In this document: piece after piece, positions 33,329 through 41,326 of the stretch
Layout: each line of letters starts with the position of its first letter
Position numbering within the stretch: position 1 is the stretch's first letter
Virus record (IMG/VR): IMGVR_UViG_3300024344_000040
Coordinates: 1-41,326 of that record
Strand: one strand, 5' to 3'
Source: a virus
Lineage: Duplodnaviria > Caudoviricetes
Length of the DNA stretch: 41,326 nucleotides
Translations under genes and position numbers: made by a program
Notes under the pieces: model-generated
The model's database searches: none
Seen by the model: only the letters and a program-made list of their open reading frames with translations
What the model was told of the DNA's origin: nothing

Positions 33329-35189
33329 GTGGGTTCCTCCTAAGGAGTTACCAGATCTTAGTGCAGCAAAGGTAATCTCGTTAGACGTTGAAACCTGTGA
33401 TCCTAATTTATTAACCAGCGGACCAGGAGGTGTAAGACATGACGGAAAACTTGTGGGAATATCGGTGGCAACAGACACTGGTTTTAAAGGGTACTTCCCC
33501 ATCGCTCACGAAGGAGGAGATAATCTTGACCGTGACGCTGTGCTCAGATGGGCCTCAGCTACATTTGGAGGAACACAAACAAAGGTTGGAGCAAATCTCC
33601 TCTACGATCTTGAGTGGTTGCGCGCAACAGGGATTGACGTTAAAGGTCCTCTCAGAGATATCCAAGTTGCAGAGCCCCTGATAAATGAAGAACGTGATGG
33701 AGGTTATTCTTTAAACAACTTATCTAAGGTATATCTTGGAGAAGAAAAAGAAGAAAAATTATTAACTGAAGCAGCCATTGCTTTTGGTGTTGATCCTAAA
33801 GGTGGTTTATGGAAACTTCCTGCTAGATATGTTGGACCGTACGCAGAAGCAGACGCCGAGTTACCACTAAAGATATGGGAACAGCAAGAGACAATCCTTA
33901 GACGTAATGATTTATGGGACGTCTTTGAGATGGAGGCTGAGTTACAACCAGCTATTTTAGATATGAGATTTAAGGGAGTACGTATTGATTTAGATAAAGC
34001 AGAACAGTTAAATGAAGATTGTCTAACTGAAGAAGTAACTCTTTTAAAGAGTCTTAGAGAGGAGTGCGGCATGGTTATAGAGCCGTGGTCTAATGATGAC
34101 ATGGCTAAGGCTTTTGATAAACTAAAGATATGGTATCCTAGAACCCAAAGAGGAAATCCGTCATTTGTTTCTGACTGGCTTAAAAACCATGAACACCCGT
34201 TTGCTAAAAACATTGCAAAATGGCGGCGGGTAAATAAGATGCGGCGTGATTTTATTGAGGGCGTTTGTTTAAAAATGAGTTATAATGGTAGAGTACATGC
34301 TCAGTTTCATTCGCTGCGCAAAGATGCTGAAGGTACGCGGTCAGGTAGATTTAGCAGTTCAACACCTAATCTGCAACAAGTCCCTGCTCGCGATCAGCAT
34401 TGGGGTCCACTGGTACGCTCTCTTTTCCTCCCTGATGAGGGCTGCCGGTGGGCTTGTTTAGATTATAGCCAGCAAGAACCCAGAGTCCTACTACATTACG
34501 CATCTCTTAGAAAATTATCTGGTGCTGATGAAGCTGTTGAATTATTTAAGACAGATTCTAATGCTGACTTTCATACTATCGTAGCAGACATGGCAGGTAT
34601 TCCTCGCAAGCAAGCAAAGACAATCAACTTAGGTATGTTTTACGGAATGGGAATATATAAATTAGCAAGTGAATTAGATATTGATTTATCAGATGCGAAG
34701 TCTCTTTCAGAACAGTATCACCAAGAGGTTCCATTTGTAAGACAGCTTGCAAATGAGTGTACAAAAGCTGCTAATCAAAAGGGTTATATAAAAACTCTCC
34801 TAGGAAGAAGACGACACTTTAATTTGTTTGAACCAGCTGATAGTAGAAACACGTGGCCCAATAGAGAGACGCCATTAAATAAAGAAGCTGCTCAAAAAGT
34901 TTGGAGTGATAGACGACTTAGACGATCCTTTACACATAAAGCCTTAAACGCCTTGATCCAAGGATCTAGTGCAGATATGACAAAGAAGGCGATGTTAGAT
35001 TTATATCGTGAGGGCATCACGGCTCACATAACTGTACACGACGAGTTAGACTTCTCAATTAACGAAGGTGTACAATCGGACCTTTACCGTGATATAATGG
35101 AAAAGTGCGTTGACCTTGCAGTACCTCTAAAGGTTGATGTAGAAATTGGCCCTAACTGGGGTGAACTAGAGGAAAAGAAAGGAGACTGA
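33294..35189 (+). CDS. polA: Family A DNA polymerase with 3'-5' exonuclease (Leu762 type)
   Basis: Exo DVET, NLLYD, YAEAD; GRFSSSTPNLQQ, DYSQQEPR, KTINLGMFYG, VHDEL; ATG at 33294 preferred. Confidence 0.96.
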   Translation: MAQLNMFLPESKWVPPKELPDLSAAKVISLDVETCDPNLLTSGPGGVRHDGKLVGISVATDTGFKGYFPIAHEGGDNLDRDAVLRWASATFGGTQTKVGANLLYDLEWLRATGIDVKGPLRDIQVAEPLINEERDGGYSLNNLSKVYLGEEKEEKLLTEAAIAFGVDPKGGLWKLPARYVGPYAEADAELPLKIWEQQETILRRNDLWDVFEMEAELQPAILDMRFKGVRIDLDKAEQLNEDCLTEEVTLLKSLREECGMVIEPWSNDDMAKAFDKLKIWYPRTQRGNPSFVSDWLKNHEHPFAKNIAKWRRVNKMRRDFIEGVCLKMSYNGRVHAQFHSLRKDAEGTRSGRFSSSTPNLQQVPARDQHWGPLVRSLFLPDEGCRWACLDYSQQEPRVLLHYASLRKLSGADEAVELFKTDSNADFHTIVADMAGIPRKQAKTINLGMFYGMGIYKLASELDIDLSDAKSLSEQYHQEVPFVRQLANECTKAANQKGYIKTLLGRRRHFNLFEPADSRNTWPNRETPLNKEAAQKVWSDRRLRRSFTHKALNALIQGSSADMTKKAMLDLYREGITAHITVHDELDFSINEGVQSDLYRDIMEKCVDLAVPLKVDVEIGPNWGELEEKKGD

Positions 35190-35194
35190 TTATT

Positions 35195-35554
35195 ATGTGG
35201 TTGTTTACTAAAAAGGGAATGGTCTCAGTAGTTAATGACTGGGACAATATTAATAAATTGCTTGTACGTTCCCGTGATAAAGCAGTATTAGAATACTATA
35301 GTCAAGGTAGGTACACGATTTATGAGAGTCCTCACTCTGATTATCTTTTTAGAATGATCTTAGATAAGGATGTATTTAAAGAGATGTTTTTAGATAAAAT
35401 CATAGCTGAACTTGATTATCCTAACTTCAAGGATGAAGTTAAAACGTCATTGCCTGGGTATGCGTACAACGTCTATACTTCTGTTTGGCATGTTGGATTA
35501 GGACTAGAGAGAAGGGACGAGCGTGCGAGAGTCGAATCTTTGGCAGCAAATTAA
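35195..35554 (+). CDS. Hypothetical phage protein
   Basis: MWLFTKKGMVSVV...LVRSR...DYPNFK; GAAAGGAG Shine-Dalgarno. Confidence 0.75.
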   Translation: MWLFTKKGMVSVVNDWDNINKLLVRSRDKAVLEYYSQGRYTIYESPHSDYLFRMILDKDVFKEMFLDKIIAELDYPNFKDEVKTSLPGYAYNVYTSVWHVGLGLERRDERARVESLAAN

Positions 35555-35936
35555 GAGAAACGTTCCTGGTCATTTAATCAGGATTGAGAATCTAGTAGGC
35601 GCCGGGGTTCCAGATGTCAATGCTTGTTATCAAGGGTCGGAGGTTTGGATTGAGCTAAAAGTAGCGAAAGGTCACTGGGTACATTTCAGAACTTCGCAAA
35701 TAGCTTGGTTTGCAAAAAGACTTCCGCACCTTGGTAATGTAAAAGTAGTTATGCGTAAAGGTGATATGCTATACGTAGTAAAAGCAGAAACAGTTCTTGC
35801 TTTAGAAGAATTTTTTGTACCAAACAAAGATCAATCCCTTAGAGTACCCGTCGAAAAACTTTTTGGTTTTGTTTGTACCAAGCCGTTTCCTTGGAAAACA
35901 ATTACGGAAAAAATATATGAGGGGTGTCCCGATTAA
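35523..35936 (+). CDS. PD-(D/E)xK nuclease (VRR-NUC/Holliday junction resolvase-like)
   Basis: ESNLW, RIEN, GVPD...WIELK and QIAW motifs. Confidence 0.88.
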   Translation: MRESNLWQQIKRNVPGHLIRIENLVGAGVPDVNACYQGSEVWIELKVAKGHWVHFRTSQIAWFAKRLPHLGNVKVVMRKGDMLYVVKAETVLALEEFFVPNKDQSLRVPVEKLFGFVCTKPFPWKTITEKIYEGCPD

Positions 35937-35954
35937 TTCGAACAGTGTAGGATA
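35937..35954 (+). promoter_or_regulatory. Promoter motif identical to 27600-27617
   Basis: TTCGAACAGTGTAGGATA, intergenic, ahead of the replication genes. Confidence 0.65.
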
Positions 35955-35982
35955 TCCTTAGACTGTAAGAAAGGAGAATACA

Positions 35983-36309
35983 GTGTCAACAGTATTTGTA
36001 GTACAAGAATCCATTGGTAAGAATATCTTATCCGCATCTGAATTCGGAGAGATAGAGGTTTTATTACCACCTGGAAATATAGCTTTTTCTTCAGGTCCTA
36101 CAGTTAAGAGACTTAAGAGAAATTTAAGATTATTCAATGATGAAGATTTTCTCTTATTGATGGGAGATCCTGCGGCTATTGCTATTGCGTCAGCAGTTGC
36201 AACACAAATTAATAACGGCCGTATGAATCTTTTAAAGTGGGATAGGCAAGAACGTAAATACTATCCCGTTAAAGTTGATGTCTATGCTGGAGGCTCCAAT
36301 GACAGATGA
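35983..36309 (+). CDS. Alpha/beta protein of unknown function in the replication module
   Basis: AGAAAGGAGA Shine-Dalgarno; VFVVQE, DFLLLMGDP, LLKWDRQ. Confidence 0.8.
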   Translation: MSTVFVVQESIGKNILSASEFGEIEVLLPPGNIAFSSGPTVKRLKRNLRLFNDEDFLLLMGDPAAIAIASAVATQINNGRMNLLKWDRQERKYYPVKVDVYAGGSNDR

Positions 36310-36856
36310 AATTAAACACGAACCTATGGTCATAAATATGGATGACAGGCTTGATGAACATTTAAGGTCTGTTGCTGCATTAGCATCATTGCAGCTAGAA
36401 TTAGAAGAAGCTATTAAGGCCCAAGAAGATGTACTTAAAGGTCTAAAAAATTCCTATAAACAAGTATCACAAGTGGATATTCCTGAAGCACTAGCAGAAG
36501 CTGGGGTATCTAGTTTTAAACTTAAAGACGGTATGAAAGTAGATGTTCAGCCGTTTTATAGTGCAAGTATTCCTAAAGATAGATATGACGAAGCGATGGA
36601 CTGGTTACGTAATCAGGGCCATGGCGATCTTATTAAGAATACAATATCAGTAGATTTTGGTAAAGGTGAAGATGATGCTGCTAATGCAATGAAAGAAATC
36701 TTAAATCACGATGGCCAATCATTTACTGATAAGACCGGTGTTCACCCACAAACACTTAAGGCGTTTGTAAGGGAACAAACAGAGCTAGGACAGAACCTGC
36801 CCCTGGACTTGCTTGGTGTATTTATAGGGCAGAAAACCACGATTAAGGAGGCGTAA
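36299..36856 (+). CDS. Phage replication-module protein (coiled-coil N-terminus)
   Basis: GGAGG before the ATG at 36299; WLRNQGHGDLIKN and VHPQTLKAFVRE motifs. Confidence 0.8.
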   Translation: MTDEIKHEPMVINMDDRLDEHLRSVAALASLQLELEEAIKAQEDVLKGLKNSYKQVSQVDIPEALAEAGVSSFKLKDGMKVDVQPFYSASIPKDRYDEAMDWLRNQGHGDLIKNTISVDFGKGEDDAANAMKEILNHDGQSFTDKTGVHPQTLKAFVREQTELGQNLPLDLLGVFIGQKTTIKEA

Positions 36857-36860
36857 TACT

Positions 36861-37595
36861 ATGGCTCGTAGTGTAGCAAATAAAAAAGAGCAATTGCCTG
36901 CTGTGATCAATTTTGAAGAAGACTCATCTCAAGGTTTTGATGGGATGACTTCTCAAGATCTAGCAATACCATTCTATAAAGTACTACAAAAAACTTCACC
37001 TATTCTTGATGATAGAGAAGATCTAAAGGCTGGAGATATATTTAACACGGTAACTGAAGTTGGTTACAAAACAATGGATGTAATCCCGTGTGGATATAGA
37101 AGAGAGTTCGTAGAGTGGATTCCTCAGGACCAAGGTGGCGGTCTAGTAGGTACACATAGTTCTAACAGTGAAACAGTAAGAAAAGCTAGAAGACAAGATG
37201 GCATATTGCTCTCTGATAATGGGACAATGTTAGTCGAGACAGCAAGTCATTTTGTTTTAGGTTTAGTTCCAGATGGAATTGAACGAGCTGTGCTCGCTAT
37301 GAAGAGTACAAGTCTTAAGCTGAACAGACGTTGGAACAGTCTAATGATGGGCATAAAACTTCCTGGAGAAAATGGTCCTTTTACTCCGGCTAGATATAGC
37401 CACATCTATACGTTGTCTAGTTTATCTCAAAAGAACGATAAAGGTTCTTGGTTCCAATGGGACATTGAACTAAAAGAACAGGTTCAAGATGCTGGAGTTT
37501 ATGCACTAGCAAAAGAATTTGCCACCGCAGTTACAAGCGGGGAAGTTCAAGTAGGTAGACCCGACGATAACGGAGACGAAGATATTCCATTCTAG
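36861..37595 (+). CDS. Single-stranded DNA-binding-like protein
   Basis: DLAIPF...LQ, NDKGSWF beta-rich core; acidic DEDIPF C-terminus; position before primase. Confidence 0.75.
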   Translation: MARSVANKKEQLPAVINFEEDSSQGFDGMTSQDLAIPFYKVLQKTSPILDDREDLKAGDIFNTVTEVGYKTMDVIPCGYRREFVEWIPQDQGGGLVGTHSSNSETVRKARRQDGILLSDNGTMLVETASHFVLGLVPDGIERAVLAMKSTSLKLNRRWNSLMMGIKLPGENGPFTPARYSHIYTLSSLSQKNDKGSWFQWDIELKEQVQDAGVYALAKEFATAVTSGEVQVGRPDDNGDEDIPF

Positions 37596-37617
37596 GCACC
37601 CTATGAGTGGAACACTT

Positions 37618-37731
37618 GGGGATAGGAGATAGGCTATGTGTATGATATTATTTATAATTTTTACTGCTCCGACAGTTTTAAGTGTAATTGATATCGCAAC
37701 CTACTCCTATCCTCCCCTTTAGAAAGGAGAA
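37618..37731 (+). promoter_or_regulatory. Long-range stem enclosing a 28-codon mini-ORF upstream of the primase
   Basis: GGGGATAGGAG-A-TAGG (37618-37633) pairs with CCTA-CTCCTATCCTC (37700-37714); ORF 37636-37722. Confidence 0.5.
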
Positions 37732-37736
37732 ATAGT

Positions 37737-39224
37737 GTGCTTGCAGATGATTTTGCGTTATACTTTAATGGTCTAACAAGGGCTCATGGTGAATATGAAA
37801 TCAAAGGACAACGCGCTGACGGGAAAAAGCAAGGCCGTGCTAAGACTATTAGGGAAGACGTTACTTTGGATAAGTGGAAAGATCACTTGGAAGGTAAGCG
37901 CGGTCTCGGTATTATTCCTATTAATGATGATAGTATGTGTCGGTTTGGGGCTATTGATGTCGACCAATACGACGGACTCGATTTTTCAGAAATCAACAAG
38001 CGGATCGACAAATACAGTTTTCCCTTGTTTCCCTGTAGAAGTAAATCAGGGGGTGTGCACTTGTACCTCCTTTGTAGTGAGTGGGTCGGTGCAGACACAA
38101 TGCAGCGCAAACTTCGTGACATCGCAGCAGCCCTTGGGTTTGGCGGTTCAGAGATATTTCCAAAACAAACTAAGATCCTTTCTGAAAGAGGTGATATCGG
38201 ACAGTGGATAAACATGCCATACTTCGGCAAGGAGCGCTGGTGTAATGAGATGCCTCCCGAAGTATTTATTAAGAGAGTCTCTGAACAAGCTATATCCGCT
38301 AAAGAATTAGAATCACTTGTAATCCCAGAAATATCCTCGCAATTTGAAGATGGGCCACCGTGTCTACAACACCTAGCTGCTCAAGGTTTTCCTCAAGGAA
38401 CTAGAAATAACGGCTTATTTAATATAGCTGTCTATTGTCGTAAACGAGATCCAGATAACTGGCAACGCGACATGGAACAATTTAATAGTAACTTAATGGA
38501 TCCGCCTCTCTCTAGTTCTGAGGTTCAAGGTGTTATTAAATCGGCTAGCAGAAAAGACTACCAGTTTACTTGTAGTAAAGCACCTATCGCTCCTTATTGT
38601 AATGCTCCTGTTTGCAAACTTAGAAAATTTGGAATAGATGGCAGCAACGATTTACCAGCAATACACTCACTAACTAAGTTTAATACCTCACCTCCTATAT
38701 GGTTTTTAGATGTTGATGGTGGCGGTAGACTAGAACTTGAAACAGACGACTTACAGAACCAAAGACGTTTTCAACGTAAGTGTATGGAAAAATTAAATGT
38801 CATGCCTAACCGTATGAATGATAATGCTTGGACTAAATTAGTTAACCATCTATTAGAAGAGTTAACTATAGTTGAAGCACCAGTTGATGCTAGTCCAGTA
38901 GGACAACTGTTTGAACACATAGAAAGGTTTACCACCGGGCGTGTCCAAGCTAAAACAAGAGACGAACTATTATTAGGGAAACCGTGGACAGAGAACGGTA
39001 GACATTATTTCAGGGTTGGAGACTTAATGGCTTTCTTAGATAGGTCTCATTTCCGTGATTACCGTGTTCACCAAGTTACCGCGGTATTAAAAGCAAATTC
39101 TGCAGAGCACCACTTCTTTAACTGTAAAGGTAAGGGCGTCAACTGCTGGTCTATACCAGAATTCCAGCAAGCCACTGAAGAGTTAGATATACCTAGAGAG
39201 GAAGACAATGACATCCCCTTCTAA
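37737..39224 (+). CDS. AEP-superfamily primase-polymerase with PriCT-like domain
   Basis: AIDVD, RSKSGGVHLY, GPPC, GTRNNGLF, Cys cluster; GTG start with AGAAAGGAGA Shine-Dalgarno. Confidence 0.88.
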   Translation: MLADDFALYFNGLTRAHGEYEIKGQRADGKKQGRAKTIREDVTLDKWKDHLEGKRGLGIIPINDDSMCRFGAIDVDQYDGLDFSEINKRIDKYSFPLFPCRSKSGGVHLYLLCSEWVGADTMQRKLRDIAAALGFGGSEIFPKQTKILSERGDIGQWINMPYFGKERWCNEMPPEVFIKRVSEQAISAKELESLVIPEISSQFEDGPPCLQHLAAQGFPQGTRNNGLFNIAVYCRKRDPDNWQRDMEQFNSNLMDPPLSSSEVQGVIKSASRKDYQFTCSKAPIAPYCNAPVCKLRKFGIDGSNDLPAIHSLTKFNTSPPIWFLDVDGGGRLELETDDLQNQRRFQRKCMEKLNVMPNRMNDNAWTKLVNHLLEELTIVEAPVDASPVGQLFEHIERFTTGRVQAKTRDELLLGKPWTENGRHYFRVGDLMAFLDRSHFRDYRVHQVTAVLKANSAEHHFFNCKGKGVNCWSIPEFQQATEELDIPREEDNDIPF

Positions 39225-40680
39225 ATGGAATATTATCTTTGGTCCTCCCGGAACTGGTAAGACAACGTTCGGTATGAATTTTATCGAAGAACAATTAAAC
39301 AATAAGATAGATCCTTCAAGGATAGGCTATATTGCCTTTACTAAAAGAGCGTCCATTGAAGCTAAAACAAGAGCTCAAGAAAAATTTAATTTGACAGATG
39401 AAGATTTACTTTATTTTAGAACGATACATAGCCTGTGTTTTATGGAACTTGGATTAAACCCAACAAACATGATGCAAAAAAATCATTGGATTACTTTAGG
39501 AGAGATATTAGGTATTGAGGTAAAAGCAGCTGGGTCCATGAATCCTGAGGCATATAGCTATGGAACTCCATTAGGAGATCGACTTTTCTTTTTAGATAAC
39601 TTAGCACGTTTAACTAGAACATCATTAAGAGAAGTTTATGAAAACACTGTTGATGATGATATTAACTACCTACAATTAGTTATGGCTTCTGAGTCATTAA
39701 AGATATATAAGCAGCAACATGGGTTATATGACTTCACAGATATACTTATAAACTTTTTGAATAAGGGAAAATCCCCTAAGCTAGATGCCTTGTTTGTAGA
39801 TGAAGCGCAAGATCTATCTAAACTACAATGGGACGTCGTTAAAAAGATAGGCAATGATGTTGAATTAAAGTATGCAGCAGGAGATGATGACCAAGCAATA
39901 TACCGTTGGGCAGGTGCTAGCATCGATGACTTTATTAATTTACCTGGTGAAAAAACAGTACTCTCTCGTTCATATCGTATACCAAGGGCTGTACATACCC
40001 TTGCTAATGATATCCTACAAAACATAGTACAGCGACAAAGTAAAGACTTTAAGCCTAATGATGTGGAAGGATACGTTAATCACTGCTGGTCAGCAGATGA
40101 TCTAGACCTCAGTAAAGGTGACTGGTTACTATTAGCACGTAATGCTTATCTATTAAAAGACTACGAGCGAGTCTGTGAACAAAGCGGATATCCATATGAA
40201 AGTCCTACTAAAAAACCTCTTCAATCATCTGCTCTTCGCGCTGTCAAAGATTGGACGAGACTTGGAAAAGGAGAAACTCTTACGGGTGCTCAGTTAAAGA
40301 ATGTACGACGGTACCATGGCTTTAAATTAAGAAACATAGATGAAGAAAGAATATACGATCTTACAGATCTTCCAGTTGAGTATGAGCCGTGGTTCGAGTG
40401 CTTCCAACGTATCAGCGCTACACTAAGAGAATATTTTTTAGCAGCTAAAAGAATGGGAGAAAGTTTAACACGACCAAGAATTAGGATTAACACGATCCAT
40501 GGAGTTAAAGGAGCTGAGGCAGATCATGTTGCTATTATCACTGATCTTGCTACTAGATCTTGGAGATATATGGAAATGTTTCCTGATGACGAGCACAGAG
40601 TCTTCTATGTGGCAATTACAAGAGCCAAGAGCGGAATTAATATCATTCAGCCACAATCTCGAATGTTTTATGAAATTTGA
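39208..40680 (+). CDS. UvrD/Rep-like superfamily I helicase
   Basis: GPPGTGKT, FTKRA, TIHS, DEAQD, GDDDQAIY, SYR, TIHGVKGAE, YVAITRA. Confidence 0.95.
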   Translation: MTSPSKWNIIFGPPGTGKTTFGMNFIEEQLNNKIDPSRIGYIAFTKRASIEAKTRAQEKFNLTDEDLLYFRTIHSLCFMELGLNPTNMMQKNHWITLGEILGIEVKAAGSMNPEAYSYGTPLGDRLFFLDNLARLTRTSLREVYENTVDDDINYLQLVMASESLKIYKQQHGLYDFTDILINFLNKGKSPKLDALFVDEAQDLSKLQWDVVKKIGNDVELKYAAGDDDQAIYRWAGASIDDFINLPGEKTVLSRSYRIPRAVHTLANDILQNIVQRQSKDFKPNDVEGYVNHCWSADDLDLSKGDWLLLARNAYLLKDYERVCEQSGYPYESPTKKPLQSSALRAVKDWTRLGKGETLTGAQLKNVRRYHGFKLRNIDEERIYDLTDLPVEYEPWFECFQRISATLREYFLAAKRMGESLTRPRIRINTIHGVKGAEADHVAIITDLATRSWRYMEMFPDDEHRVFYVAITRAKSGINIIQPQSRMFYEI

Positions 40681-40714
40681 CCTCCTAGGATGCTCATAGA
40701 GAACGGAAAAAAGT

Positions 40715-41326
40715 ATGACCCATAGTAACATATACCCTTTTAAGACCCGCCCTTACACTCATCAGAGGGAGGCCTGGGACATATCGAAGAATTTAGATGA
40801 GTTCGCCCTGTTTATGGAGATGGGAACCGGGAAGTCTAAGGTAATTATTGATACAGTTGCGTATCTTTATGATGCTGGTCGGATAGACTCCGTGTTAATC
40901 ATCGCTCCTAAAGGTATGTATAAGAATTGGATTAATAACGAACTTCCCACGCACCTTCCAGATCACATAGTACATAGAGCCGCTGCTTGGTCTTCAACAA
41001 TGCGTAAAGCAGAAGAAGAAAAAGTCAGGTCTTGTCTTGAAGCTGTCGATGATCTACGTATTATAGTAATGAATGTTGAGGCCTTTAGTTCAAAGAAAGG
41101 TGGCAAGTTTGCAGAGTTGTTTTGCACCTGTGGAGGTAATGTCTTTATGGTTGTTGATGAATCCACAACGATCAAGAATCCTAAAGCTGCTAGAACAAAA
41201 AGTATTTTAAAGCTAGGTACGTATGCTAAGTATAAGCGTATTCTTACAGGAGAACCAATTACTCGGTCTCCTTTAGATCTATATAGTCAGTGCCAATTTT
41301 TAAGTCCCGCTATTCTTGGGTTTAGC
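40715..41326 (+). CDS. SNF2-family helicase, N-terminal part (joins 2-994; about 490 aa in total; not in ORF track)
   Basis: Hand translation MTHSNIYPFKTRPYTHQ...MEMGTGKS...IIAPKG...VVDESTTIKNP; in frame through the terminal overlap. Confidence 0.93.
   Translation, partial: MTHSNIYPFKTRPYTHQREAWDISKNLDEFALFMEMGTGKSKVIIDTVAYLYDAGRIDSVLIIAPKGMYKNWINNELPTHLPDHIVHRAAAWSSTMRKAEEEKVRSCLEAVDDLRIIVMNVEAFSSKKGGKFAELFCTCGGNVFMVVDESTTIKNPKAARTKSILKLGTYAKYKRILTGEPITRSPLDLYSQCQFLSPAILGFS
41194..41326 (+). repeat. Terminal overlap, copy 2
   Basis: Matches 1-133 with one mismatch. Confidence 0.97.

Larger units (their letters stand above)
1..41326. mobile_element. Complete podovirus-like dsDNA bacteriophage genome (circular assembly, unit length 41,193 bp)
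   Basis: Terminase, portal, capsid, tail tube, ejection, lysis and replication genes are all present; the ends overlap by 133 nt and a gene reads through the join. Confidence 0.97.

Noticed and set aside
33299-41175. Antisense and nested ORFs in the polymerase, primase and helicase genes (e.g. 33704-34213, 37786-38211, 39666-40025)
   Set aside because: They lie fully inside well-supported genes and have no independent support
1-41326. Frequent CTAG and 6-bp palindromes as proof of modified DNA
   Set aside because: This is an impression only; it needs observed/expected k-mer counts that I cannot compute reliably by eye

Overview
The window is a complete, circularly assembled tailed-phage genome. 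Bases 1-133 recur at 41194-41326, giving a unit length of 41,193 bp, and an SNF2 helicase gene runs across the join. It has two divergent arms. The minus-strand arm (about 950-25600) is a podovirus late module of BPP-1/epsilon15/T7-like type: terminases, portal, scaffold, capsid, cement, tail tube A/B, ejection proteins, tail fibre, RCC1-repeat protein, holin and M15 endolysin. The plus-strand arm (about 26160-994) holds small early genes, DUF932, a nucleotide-metabolism cluster, a Leu762-type family A polymerase, a PD-(D/E)xK nuclease, an SSB-like protein, an AEP primase, and UvrD and SNF2 helicases. I found no integrase, RNA polymerase, tRNA or CRISPR array, and the promoters are sigma70-like. 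Two systems stand out. (1) A 1433-aa core/ejection protein carries a HipA/PI3K-like kinase split by an intact Nudix hydrolase, followed by an R-S-E ADP-ribosyltransferase. (2) A tightly coupled five-gene cluster just before the polymerase (SAM methyltransferase, MazG-like pyrophosphatase, dNMP kinase fused to a UDG-fold domain, an Asp-type dCMP-specific thymidylate-synthase homologue, dCMP deaminase) suggests an uncharacterised pyrimidine modification. Non-coding highlights are a structured capsid-mRNA leader with a twice-repeated bulged helix and a pair of inverted origin-like elements. All calls come from motif reading by eye; no database search or folding program was run.
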